DNA of 64,000 nucleotides from Candidatus Spongiisociaceae bacterium (GTDB lineage: Bacteria; Actinomycetota; Acidimicrobiia; Spongiisociales; Spongiisociaceae). Shown in pieces: positions 25,789-34,914 of the stretch. The stretch lies in NCBI GenBank assembly GCA_965219685.1, contig CBDCOH010000002.1, positions 3,424,001 to 3,488,000 on the forward strand, read 5' to 3'. The notes beneath the pieces are model-generated. The model had not been told where the DNA came from and did no database searches. It saw only the letters and a program-made list of their open reading frames with translations. Positions within the stretch are counted from its first letter, which is position 1. Every line of letters starts with the position of its first letter. A program made the translations under genes and the position numbers.

Positions 25789-27801
25789 CTAAGGACGCGC
25801 CGACGGAGCAAGCAGGGACAGCTTGCTGACGATGCCCTGTCCGGCGATGAACTCCCAATCCGAATAGACGCTCGAGTCGTACACGTAGGCCCCATCGGGA
25901 TACAGCAGCAGCACGAAGGGCAACTCCTCGGCGATTATCTCCTGCATCCGAAGCAGGATGGCGATGCGCTCCGCCGGGTCGGGCTCGACGGGCAGCGCCT
26001 CGGAGAGCGCATCCATCTCGTCGTTGCCGAAGCCGGTCAGGTTGAGGAACCCGCTGGCCGTGGAGCTGTGGACCAACCAAGGCAGTCGCAGCGGGTCGGC
26101 CTGCACGGGCGCCGACCATCCCCACATCGCGATGTCGTAGTTGCGGCCGTTGTTCACGTCGAAGCCCGGCCAAACCGCCTGCTCCCAGGTCGCGGTCTCG
26201 ACCGACGCAACCGAGGTCTCTATCCCGATCGCGGCCAGCATCTCCACGGTCAACTCGGCGATCCGGAGCCGCAGCGAGTCAGGCGCGTTGGTGATGATCT
26301 CGAACGACATGGGCTGTCCGTCAAACTCGCGCACCCCGTCGCCGTCGCTGTCGGCGTACCCTGCTTCGTCGAGAAGGGCGTTGGCCGCGGCCGGGTCGTA
26401 CACGGGGATGATCGACGGGTTGTAGGACCGGTGCTCGGGATGTATCCAGCCCGGACTCCCCACGGTCGCCGCACCCAGGTATACGGTGTCGACGATGTCC
26501 TGGCGGTTCATGGCCAGGTTGATGGCCTGGCGGACCGCAACGTCGTCGAAGGGACGCTTCGAGGCGTCGTAGTTGATCATCTGGGTGGTGAACTCGGGTC
26601 CTAGGACGATGTCCAGCGGGTCCTGGGCGTCCAGCAGATCGATCTGCTCCGGAGGTATGCGCTCGAAGATCACGTCGACCTCGCCTGTGCGGATGGCGGC
26701 CTGCGCTCCTGCGTCGTCGGCGAAGACGATGACCACCAGCTCCCCGACCGCCGGCGCGCCCCGGAAATAGTCGGGATTGGCCTCGAATCGGTAACTCTGG
26801 CCCTCGACGTACTCGACCAGCTTGTACGGACCGGTCCCGATGTTGGTGGCGCCGAAGTCGTGCTCCGACGGAAGCGGGACCGACTCCCAGACGTGGCGCG
26901 GGATGATGGGCGCGTCAGCCAGCGCCACCAAGTCGAATCCGGCGTTGGGCCTGCTGAGGACGAAGGTCAGGTTGTGGTCGTCGCTCACCACCACGTCCGC
27001 TACGCCGCTGAAGTCGCGGGCGAACCGGCTCGCCTCGGGGTTGTTCACGTAGTAGTCGACGCTGAAAGCCACATCAGCGGCGGTCAGGGGCTGCCCGTCG
27101 TGGAACGTCACCCCTTCGACCAAGGTCACGGAGTATTCGGTCAGGTCGTCGTTCACGGCGACGCTGGACGCCAGCCACGGCTGCGGGATGCCGTCGGCGT
27201 CGAGCTGCATGAGCGAGTCGTACTGGATCATCAGCAGGTTCCATCCGGGGAAGCCGCTGATGTAGGTGTACGGGTTGAGGGTTCCCTCGTCGCCGGTGAC
27301 CGCCGCCCGTACCGTGACCGGTCCCGCGGCCGCCTCCTGCTCCATCATCGCCTCGTCGAGCATCTGCTCGGCCTCTTCGAGAGCGGACTCCGCGGCGGCC
27401 AGCGCCTGCTCGGAGGCTTCAGCCGCCTCCGCGGCCCTCTGCTCGGCCTCCTCGAGGGCAGCCTGCGCATCTGCCAGCGCCGACTGGGATGTCTCGTCCC
27501 CCTCCATGGCTGCGGCGGCCGCTGCCGCGGCTGCTTCCAGATCGGCTTGCGCCTGGGCCAGCGCATCCGCCGCCGCTTCGGCCTCCGCCTGGGCCGACGC
27601 CGCCTCGGACTGGGCGGCGGCAGCTTCAGACTGGGCGGCCGCAGCCTGTGCCTGCGCGGCGGTCACTTCCTCCGCCGACGCGTCCTCGCCGCCGTCACCG
27701 CACGCAGTGGCAACCAACGAAAGAGCAGCCAGCAGCACGAAGAGCTTCCGCCTCCGGCGCGATCGTCCGCGCGAGTGAACTACGGGGTCTCCCGATGACA
27801 T
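25789..27801 (-). CDS. Peptide/nickel ABC substrate-binding lipoprotein (family 5) with N-terminal Ala/Glu/Gln-rich coiled coil
   Basis: Lipobox VATAC; GVTFHDG.PLTAADVAFS, GTGPYKL, NPDYF, VRQAINLA. Confidence 0.9.
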   Translation of the reverse strand: MSSGDPVVHSRGRSRRRRKLFVLLAALSLVATACGDGGEDASAEEVTAAQAQAAAAQSEAAAAQSEAASAQAEAEAAADALAQAQADLEAAAAAAAAAMEGDETSQSALADAQAALEEAEQRAAEAAEASEQALAAAESALEEAEQMLDEAMMEQEAAAGPVTVRAAVTGDEGTLNPYTYISGFPGWNLLMIQYDSLMQLDADGIPQPWLASSVAVNDDLTEYSVTLVEGVTFHDGQPLTAADVAFSVDYYVNNPEASRFARDFSGVADVVVSDDHNLTFVLSRPNAGFDLVALADAPIIPRHVWESVPLPSEHDFGATNIGTGPYKLVEYVEGQSYRFEANPDYFRGAPAVGELVVIVFADDAGAQAAIRTGEVDVIFERIPPEQIDLLDAQDPLDIVLGPEFTTQMINYDASKRPFDDVAVRQAINLAMNRQDIVDTVYLGAATVGSPGWIHPEHRSYNPSIIPVYDPAAANALLDEAGYADSDGDGVREFDGQPMSFEIITNAPDSLRLRIAELTVEMLAAIGIETSVASVETATWEQAVWPGFDVNNGRNYDIAMWGWSAPVQADPLRLPWLVHSSTASGFLNLTGFGNDEMDALSEALPVEPDPAERIAILLRMQEIIAEELPFVLLLYPDGAYVYDSSVYSDWEFIAGQGIVSKLSLLAPSARP

Positions 27802-27907
27802 GGATCCGCCTCCCTATCCGAGGAAAAGCATCATACCCTATGGGCTCGGAAGCATTAGGGGCCGAAAGCCGTCGACGGCCCCGTAGCGGTCGGCAGGAGA
27901 TGCGACC

Positions 27908-28232
27908 TAGACGGCTAGTCGCTAGTCTGTAGTTGGTGAGCGGTGGTTAGCGTTAGCGCGCGACAGTCCGAGCACGGTAGCAGTAGTGCCGGTCCGTTCC
28001 GTGGTCGCGCGGAGGAGGATTCACGGAGTAGAAGCGCGGGGATCCGAACTCACCTACAGATGTGTTGTACGCCTGTTCCTGGACTCGGACCTCTGGCTGG
28101 CACTTCGTGAAGAGCCCACTGGGCGCAACCGCGAGACCTAAACGGTGCTCCCGAGGATGGCCAATGATGCGATCTATCGTTAACCGCTGCCTACCAACTA
28201 GTAACTACAGACTACCGACTAGGAACTAATCA
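27908..28232. repeat. Inverted degenerate heptamer arrays (TAGTCGC TAGTCTG TAGTTGG... / ...CCAACTA GTAACTA CAGACTA CCGACTA) enclosing ~230 bp
   Basis: CTAGTCGCTAGTCTGTAGTT (27915-27934) is 19/20 reverse-complementary to AACTACAGACTACCGACTAG (28203-28222). Confidence 0.8.
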
Positions 28233-30293
28233 TCCGGACGGACCCGCGAGGTGGCACGAGACCCATCGTCCTGGAGTCACCTCGACCAGTTCGGGCTTGA
28301 CGGTCGAGCACAAACCTTCCACCGCGACCGGGCAGCGGGTATGGAAGCGGCAACCGGGTGGGGGATCCGTCGGGCTGGGCAGGTCCCCTACCAGCTTGGC
28401 GCTCCGGCTCGACCTCGCGCTCGGGTCCGGAACCGGCACCGCAGCGAGCAGCGCCTCGGTGTACGGGTGCAGGGGGGCCTCGTAGATCCGGTCGCGGGGC
28501 GCCCGCTCCACGATCTCCCCCAGATACATCACGGCCACCTCGTGCGAGATGTGACGTACCACCGCCAAGTCGTGGGCGATGAATACGATGGCCATGCCGG
28601 TCCTCGACTGGAGATCGGCCAGAAGGTTGACCACCTGCGCCTGAACCGAAACGTCCAGGGACGATACGGGCTCGTCGCACACCACCACCGCCGGCTCGGC
28701 GGCCAGGGCGCGGGCTACGGCGATCCGTTGCCTCTGCCCTCCGCTGAACTCATGGGGATGCCGTCGGCCCGCGTCGGCCGGGAGGCCCACCTGCGTGAGG
28801 AGTTCGGCTACCCGGTCCTGGATCCCTTGAGCGTCGGCAAGCCGGTGGATGCGCAGCGGCTCGCTCACGACATCGGCTACCCGCATCCCCGGGTTCATAG
28901 CCGAGAAGGGATCCTGGAAGACCATCTGCACCACCCGCCGGTGCCGTCCGCTGCGGTGGTCGATCGGCTCGCCGTTGATCTCGATCGTCCCTCCGGTGGG
29001 CCGTACCAGCGCCACCAGCGCCCGGCCCAGCGTGGTCTTCCCGCATCCGCTCTCGCCGACGACGCCCAGTGTCCTCCCCCTGCGCACGTCCAGATCGACG
29101 CCGTCCACGGCCCGGATCGTCCCCTTCCGCGACCGGCCGAACCCCCGCACGACCGGGAAGTGAACCCGCAGGTCCCGTATCGAAACCACCACGCCGCCGT
29201 CCCCGCCGCCGTCCGTACGGCCCCCGGCGGTGGACCCCTCTGGCCACAGAACGGAGGCCGGCCCCATCTGGTGGTGGTGCACGCACGCCGACCGGTGCCC
29301 GGCGGGCCCGACCGGGGTCAACTCCGGGAGTTCGTCCTGGCAGCCCTGACCCACCAACGGGCAGCGGGCATCGAAGGGGCAAGCCGCCAAATCCCGGGTG
29401 ACTCGGAACGGCGTTCCCGGTATCTCGGCCAGGCGGGTGGTGGCCGGGCGGTCCAGCCGGGGGATCGAACGGAGCAGCCCGGACGTGTACGGGTGGCGGG
29501 TCGCCCGGTAGAGATCGGACGCCTGACCGGTCTCGAGTATCCGGCCCGCGTACATCACGGCCACCCGATCGGCTATCTCCGCCACCACCCCGAGGTCATG
29601 GGTGATCCAGACCACCGCCAACCGGTACTCGGACTGGAGCTCGCGGACGAGGTCGACGATCTGGGCCTGGACGGTCACATCGAGAGCCGTGGTCGGCTCA
29701 TCGGCGATCAGCAGCTTCGGGTCGCACGCGAGGGCCATGGCGATCATGGCCCGCTGGCGCATCCCTCCCGAGAACTCGTGCGGGTAGTCGTCCACCCTGG
29801 CGGCGGCGGACGGTATGCCCACCCGGTCCAGGAGCCGGATAGCCCGGCGCCGCGCCTCGGCCCGCGTGAAGCCGCGGTGTATCCGGAGGCTCTCACCGAT
29901 CTGCCGACCGACCCGGTGGACAGGGTTCAGCGACGACATGGGTTCCTGGAAGACCATCGCCACGTCGCGACCCCGGAAACGGTTCATCTCTCGCCCGGAC
30001 ATGCCCAGAACCTCGCGGCCCCGTAGCCGGATGGATCCCGACACGACCGCGGGCGGTGTCGCCAGCAGGCCCATCACTGCGAGCATCGATACGCTCTTGC
30101 CGGATCCGGACTCCCCCACCAGGGCGAACGTCTCGCCGGCACCGACGGTGAGGCTCACGCCGCTTACAGCCCGGACCGTCTCGGTGGGAAGCTCGAAGCG
30201 GACCGCCAGGTCCGCGATGTCCAGCAGGCTCGCGCCGAAGTCCGTTTCATCCCGCGATGGCTCGCCCCTTCCGACAGCGGTGGCCGTGGTCAT
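28230..30293 (-). CDS. Dual-domain dipeptide ABC ATP-binding protein (DppD-DppF fusion)
   Basis: Two Walker A (GESGSGKS, GESGCGKT), two HEFSGG signatures, two oligopeptide C-terminal Cys motifs; start ATG 30293. Confidence 0.92.
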   Translation of the reverse strand: MTTATAVGRGEPSRDETDFGASLLDIADLAVRFELPTETVRAVSGVSLTVGAGETFALVGESGSGKSVSMLAVMGLLATPPAVVSGSIRLRGREVLGMSGREMNRFRGRDVAMVFQEPMSSLNPVHRVGRQIGESLRIHRGFTRAEARRRAIRLLDRVGIPSAAARVDDYPHEFSGGMRQRAMIAMALACDPKLLIADEPTTALDVTVQAQIVDLVRELQSEYRLAVVWITHDLGVVAEIADRVAVMYAGRILETGQASDLYRATRHPYTSGLLRSIPRLDRPATTRLAEIPGTPFRVTRDLAACPFDARCPLVGQGCQDELPELTPVGPAGHRSACVHHHQMGPASVLWPEGSTAGGRTDGGGDGGVVVSIRDLRVHFPVVRGFGRSRKGTIRAVDGVDLDVRRGRTLGVVGESGCGKTTLGRALVALVRPTGGTIEINGEPIDHRSGRHRRVVQMVFQDPFSAMNPGMRVADVVSEPLRIHRLADAQGIQDRVAELLTQVGLPADAGRRHPHEFSGGQRQRIAVARALAAEPAVVVCDEPVSSLDVSVQAQVVNLLADLQSRTGMAIVFIAHDLAVVRHISHEVAVMYLGEIVERAPRDRIYEAPLHPYTEALLAAVPVPDPSARSSRSAKLVGDLPSPTDPPPGCRFHTRCPVAVEGLCSTVKPELVEVTPGRWVSCHLAGPSG

Positions 30294-30343
30294 CCGGACA
30301 CCTGCCCCGGCATAAGATCGCGCCGAGCGACTCGTAGGCAAGG

Positions 30344-31276
30344 ATGGGGGCGCCGATGTCCATTCATACAGGGCAACATACACAAACCGGGGACAGCGCG
30401 GCGGGCAGCGACGGGTGGGGCGTCCCGGTTCCTGTCGACTTGAAGGCGCTCAACGCCGGCCTGGAGGATGGCCGGGCCACTGTCGACATCGGCATCTTCT
30501 ATCCGGACAACCTGGAACGGGCCCACCGTCGCAGAGTACAACTCGAAACGGTCATCGACGGCGTGCTCGAAGCTCGACGTATCTTCGGCAAGGTCGGCGT
30601 CCAGTTGGCCCTCGTCTCGGTCAGGACCGGGCCTGTCGATCCGACCCTGCTGGTCGTCCTGGCCGAGGAGCCGGGCACGGAACTTCCCGGGGGACGATAC
30701 GCAAACCTGTACGTGGAGCGACAGAAGCGGCCATCCCGGCTGTCGCCCGCGGCCCGGGCAGCGTTCGAGAGCGTGATCGACGCCCGGGCGGGGCACCACC
30801 GCCGTATCCATCTCCTAGTCCTCGAGGACGTCTTCATATCGTTCCACGACAGGATCGACGAACGTACCTGGCAGTTGAAGACCGTCGCCACCAGTGCAAT
30901 GTCCTTCCCGGGCTACTCGTACCGGGACACGATCCCGCGCCATCTCCGGGGTGTCATCACGCTCACCGACCTCGCACGGCCCCGGTCCTGGAAGACGGTC
31001 GCCCACGAACTCGGACACAAGTTGATCAACGCCAGCCACGAGTACCGCGACATCGACCCTCAACACGAGGTCTACGCCGAGGGGGGCCTGCTGCTGTACG
31101 GAGACGGAACCGACATCCCATCCGGTCCCGAAGGGCGGTTCCACCGGGAGAGGCTGCTCCGGTCACCGTTCATCCACCGCAAGGACGCAGATGGGACCAA
31201 AGTGTGGAACCCCGACTACCTGGACGGCGGCGGCTACTACGACCGTATATACGAAGGGCTGACGGTGGAGTGGTGA
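30344..31276 (+). CDS. Hypothetical zinc metallopeptidase-like protein
   Basis: VAHELGHKLINASHE (HExxH plus third His); coding-like codon usage. Confidence 0.6.
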   Translation: MGAPMSIHTGQHTQTGDSAAGSDGWGVPVPVDLKALNAGLEDGRATVDIGIFYPDNLERAHRRRVQLETVIDGVLEARRIFGKVGVQLALVSVRTGPVDPTLLVVLAEEPGTELPGGRYANLYVERQKRPSRLSPAARAAFESVIDARAGHHRRIHLLVLEDVFISFHDRIDERTWQLKTVATSAMSFPGYSYRDTIPRHLRGVITLTDLARPRSWKTVAHELGHKLINASHEYRDIDPQHEVYAEGGLLLYGDGTDIPSGPEGRFHRERLLRSPFIHRKDADGTKVWNPDYLDGGGYYDRIYEGLTVEW

Positions 31277-31457
31277 ATGGTGGCGACGTGGCGGAGTTGC
31301 AGGGTTGTCTATGCCCTTTGAGGGGCGTCGGTTGCCGGATCGTCCCGTCGTCAGACGCCGGTGGTTAGGTACCACGGGCCCCGGTGAACTGCTACCACCG
31401 CCCTCCGTCAGCAGAAACCAGGTCTCGGGAGCCGGATACCCTCAAGAGTTGCCAACC

Positions 31458-31485
31458 ACTCACCACTCACCACTCACCACTCACC
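31458..31485 (-). repeat. (GGTGAGT)4 array downstream of DUF3566 stop
   Basis: 4 exact ACTCACC units on + strand; short opposing GGTGAATGGTGG at the stop at 31276. Confidence 0.9.
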
Positions 31486-31488
31486 AAC

Positions 31489-31956
31489 CTACTGGGCGAG
31501 TGTGGGGAGGTCGGCCTGGTCGTAGGGCACTGCAAGGGGATCCGGGTCAAGCTCCGGAAAGGTCACCGGCACCCCTGCTTCCGGCGCTCGAAGTGTCTCC
31601 TCCAACATCACCACCTCCACGCCGCCCACCACATCGGAAGTCAGGTTGTAGAACACGGCGGCAAGGGTCGACAGCAGCGTCATCGCCACCCCGAAGACCA
31701 CGGACCCGAACACCGCCACTCTCACGAACCTGGCGCCGTTGTTGAAGATGACCGCGCCATCGTCTATGAGGCTTATGAGCACGAGGAAGTTGTCCAGGGC
31801 CTGCGGGATACCGACCCGCACCAGCAAGGACCAGAGGATCAGGAGCCCGATCAGCGTGGCGATGGCGAAGACAACGTGCAGGAGGAGCGACACCTTGAAG
31901 ACGGTCCATGGGTCGAACTTGCGGATGACCCGCCTTACACGCCGGACAGTCACCAT
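31489..31956 (-). CDS. DUF3566 membrane protein (copy 2)
   Basis: RRVRRVIRKFDPWTVFKVS, FYNLTSDVVGGVEV. Confidence 0.85.
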   Translation of the reverse strand: MVTVRRVRRVIRKFDPWTVFKVSLLLHVVFAIATLIGLLILWSLLVRVGIPQALDNFLVLISLIDDGAVIFNNGARFVRVAVFGSVVFGVAMTLLSTLAAVFYNLTSDVVGGVEVVMLEETLRAPEAGVPVTFPELDPDPLAVPYDQADLPTLAQ

Positions 31957-32417
31957 CAGATATCCGTCCGGACGCCGGCCGCGGCCTCCTCATCGTGGCC
32001 GCCGGAAATCACAGGCACCTCTTCGTAGACGGTGAACTCCACCCCTCCGACCAGTTCCGCCAGCAGGTTGTAAAGGACCGAGGCGAGGGTGAGCCCGGCA
32101 GTGGCGCTCATCATCCAAGTGCCTGCCAGCAGGACGATGCCCCGCAGGTATTCGCCGCCCGTCTTGAAGAGCGACTCGTCCGGTTCGATGAGAGCCACCC
32201 GCTGCGCCGCCGAATCGAAGGCGCTGGTAAAGCCCAAGCGGCTTATCACCGCCCAACCGATCACCGACAGCAGCACCAAGGCCAGGGCGGCCAGCCCCGT
32301 CAGCACCGCCGACACCTTCAGAACGGTCCAGGGGTCGAACTTGCGCACGATCCGGCGGACCCGCCGCCTCGTGGTCGCCGGCCCGGGTGCGGCAGCGGCG
32401 GCTCCGTCGCCGATCAT
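31956..32417 (-). CDS. DUF3566 membrane protein (copy 1)
   Basis: RRVRRIVRKFDPWTVLKVS, LYNLLAELVGGVEF; directly after gyrA as in other actinobacteria. Confidence 0.85.
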   Translation of the reverse strand: MIGDGAAAAAPGPATTRRRVRRIVRKFDPWTVLKVSAVLTGLAALALVLLSVIGWAVISRLGFTSAFDSAAQRVALIEPDESLFKTGGEYLRGIVLLAGTWMMSATAGLTLASVLYNLLAELVGGVEFTVYEEVPVISGGHDEEAAAGVRTDI

Positions 32418-32454
32418 GCGAGCCGCGCCCCTGTGATGCCGCCTTGCCGGTGGC

Positions 32455-34896
32455 TCAATCCCTGTCCTTAGGCACAGGAGCGAACGAACTGACCCGGGCG
32501 CCCTCCGGCAGATCCATTACCTTCACCCCGCTCGCGTAGCGTCCCTGGCGGCTTATATCGTCCGTCCTCATCCTGATCGCGACCCCCTCCGATGAGACCA
32601 CGAACGCTTCGCTCCCTTCCGTCACCGCCTGTGCCCCGACCAACTCCCCCGGGACCCGGGTCAGATGGATAGCCTTCAGACCCCGGCCGCCTCTCTTCTG
32701 GGGTCTGAACAAGGCGACCCTCACCCGCTTGCCGAGGCCACTCGACGTCAGCAGCAGGACCTCGTCGCCATCCAGCGTCACCGTACCGCCGACGACCTCG
32801 TCCTCCTCGCCGAGCCTGATGCCCTTGACACCGCGCGTGGCTCGACCCGTCGGGCGGATGTCGTCCTCGGCGAAGCGGATTCCGAAGCCTTGGCGCGTGA
32901 AGAGCAGGATGTCGCTCTTCCCATCAGTCGACCGGACCGCGACCACTTCGTCGTCACCCACCAGGCTGATGGCCACGAGCCTCGAAACCCGGCTGTCGTA
33001 CTCCCGGAAGGCGGTCCGCTTGACCTGACCCTTCCTGGTGATCATGACCATGTACTTGAAGGACTCGTAGTCACGCGTGTCCACCAGCGCCTCTATCCGC
33101 TCGTCCGGCTCCAGGGGAAGCACCGCCTGTGCGAGTACCCCCTTGGCGGTCCGGGCCTTGCGTGGGATCTCGTGCGCCCGGATACGGTAGACCCGGCCCC
33201 GGTTGGTGAAGAAGAGCAGGTATGCCAGCGCCGTCGTGTGGATCACGTGGGTGAGGTAGTCGCCGCCGCGGAGAGCCGCCGCCTTGACTCCTCTCCCCCC
33301 GCGACCCTGCGACCGGTAGCTGCCGGCCTTGACAGACTTGACATAGCCCTTCTCGGACACGGTAACGATCAACTCGTCGTCGGCTATCAGATCCTCCAGC
33401 GAGAGTTCGGCCTCCGCCGGGAGGATGCGTGTGCGGCGGACATCCCCGTGCGCGTCCCGCACCGCCACGAGCTCATCGGCGATTATCTCCCGGCGCCGGG
33501 CCGGGTCGGCCAGGATCGCCCCCAACTCGCCGATCAGGGTCTGCAGGGCGGCGTGCTCGTCCCGGAGCTTGGTGGTCTCGAGCGAGGTGAGGCGCCGGAG
33601 GGGCATGTCCAGGATGGCCCGGGCCTGTATCTCGGACAGGGAGAACCGCTCCACCAGCGCCGATCTCGCCGCGCCGACATCCGGGCTCCTACGGATGATC
33701 ATGATCACCTCGTCGATGTTGTCGACCGCGGTGATCAGGCCCTCGAGGATGTGGGCCCGGGCCAGCGCTCGGTCGAGGCGGAAGCGGGTGCGTCTTTCGA
33801 TCACTTCCATCTGGTGGTCGAGGAAGTACTGGACCATCTCGGCCACGTTCAGGGTGCGCGGTACGCCGTCCACCAGGGCCACTGCGTTGACACCGAAGCT
33901 CTCCTGCAGCTTCGTGTGCTTGAACAGCTGGTTCAGTACCACGCGCGGGTAGGCGTCCTTCTTCAACTCGATCACCAGGCGGACGCCGACCCGGGAGGAC
34001 GACTCGTTACGGAGGTCCGCGATGCCGGTCACCGTCTTGCGCTGCACGAGCAGGGCGATCCGCTCCATCACCCGATCCTGGCTCACCTGGTAGGGCAGTT
34101 CCGTCACGACGATCGCCGTGCGCCGCTTGCGTGTCTGCTCTATGTCGGTGACCGCACGCATCTTGATGGAGCCGCGGCCGGAGACGAGAGCCTGCTTGAT
34201 CTCCTTGGTTCCGATCACGTAACCACCCGTGGGGAAATCGGGGCCCTTGACGATGGAGAGGTAGTCCTCGGCGCCGGCGTCGGGATGTTCGAGCCCGAAC
34301 AGGCAGGCCTCCACGATCTCGTCCAGGTTGTGGGGAGGGATGTTGGTCGCCATACCCACCGCGATCCCCTGGCACCCATTGACGAGAAGGTTCGGGAACC
34401 GGGCAGGAAGCACGACCGGCTCCGACTCCGATCCGTCGAAGTTGTCCGCGAAGTCGACGGTGTCCTCGTCGATCCCGTCGAGCAATACGGACGCCAACTC
34501 CGCCAGCCGGCACTCCGTGTACCGCATCGCCGCGGCCGGATCGTCGGTCGTACCGAAGTTGCCCTGCGGGTGGACGAGTGGGTACCGCAGTGAGAAGGGT
34601 TGGCCCATCCGCACCAGCGCGTCGTATATCGAGTCGTTGGAGTGCGGGTGGTACTTGCCGATCACTTCCCCGACCACCGTGGCCGACTTGCGGTGGGCGG
34701 ATCTAGGACCGACCCCCATGTCGTCCATTGCGTAGATGATCCTGCGCTGCACCGGTTTCAGCCCGTCCCGCACATCCGGTAGCGCTCGCGAGACGATCAC
34801 CGACATGGCGTACTCGACGAAGGACTTGGCCATCTCGTCGTTTATGTCGACCGCTCTCGGCATCTCGGACCTGCTGTCGGTGGTCCGGTCGGTCAC
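32455..34896 (-). CDS. gyrA: DNA gyrase subunit A
   Basis: YAMSVIVSRALPDVRDGLKPVQRR, KYHPH, AAMRYTE, GyrA-box-like QGRGGRG, beta-pinwheel repeats. Confidence 0.97.
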   Translation of the reverse strand: MTDRTTDSRSEMPRAVDINDEMAKSFVEYAMSVIVSRALPDVRDGLKPVQRRIIYAMDDMGVGPRSAHRKSATVVGEVIGKYHPHSNDSIYDALVRMGQPFSLRYPLVHPQGNFGTTDDPAAAMRYTECRLAELASVLLDGIDEDTVDFADNFDGSESEPVVLPARFPNLLVNGCQGIAVGMATNIPPHNLDEIVEACLFGLEHPDAGAEDYLSIVKGPDFPTGGYVIGTKEIKQALVSGRGSIKMRAVTDIEQTRKRRTAIVVTELPYQVSQDRVMERIALLVQRKTVTGIADLRNESSSRVGVRLVIELKKDAYPRVVLNQLFKHTKLQESFGVNAVALVDGVPRTLNVAEMVQYFLDHQMEVIERRTRFRLDRALARAHILEGLITAVDNIDEVIMIIRRSPDVGAARSALVERFSLSEIQARAILDMPLRRLTSLETTKLRDEHAALQTLIGELGAILADPARRREIIADELVAVRDAHGDVRRTRILPAEAELSLEDLIADDELIVTVSEKGYVKSVKAGSYRSQGRGGRGVKAAALRGGDYLTHVIHTTALAYLLFFTNRGRVYRIRAHEIPRKARTAKGVLAQAVLPLEPDERIEALVDTRDYESFKYMVMITRKGQVKRTAFREYDSRVSRLVAISLVGDDEVVAVRSTDGKSDILLFTRQGFGIRFAEDDIRPTGRATRGVKGIRLGEEDEVVGGTVTLDGDEVLLLTSSGLGKRVRVALFRPQKRGGRGLKAIHLTRVPGELVGAQAVTEGSEAFVVSSEGVAIRMRTDDISRQGRYASGVKVMDLPEGARVSSFAPVPKDRD

Positions 34897-34914
34897 GGGC
34901 TGTCTCCTTCCCGC

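Noticed and set aside
31277-31457. tRNA gene expected downstream of gyrA/DUF3566
   Set aside because: No T-loop GTTCRA or acceptor stem found by eye.
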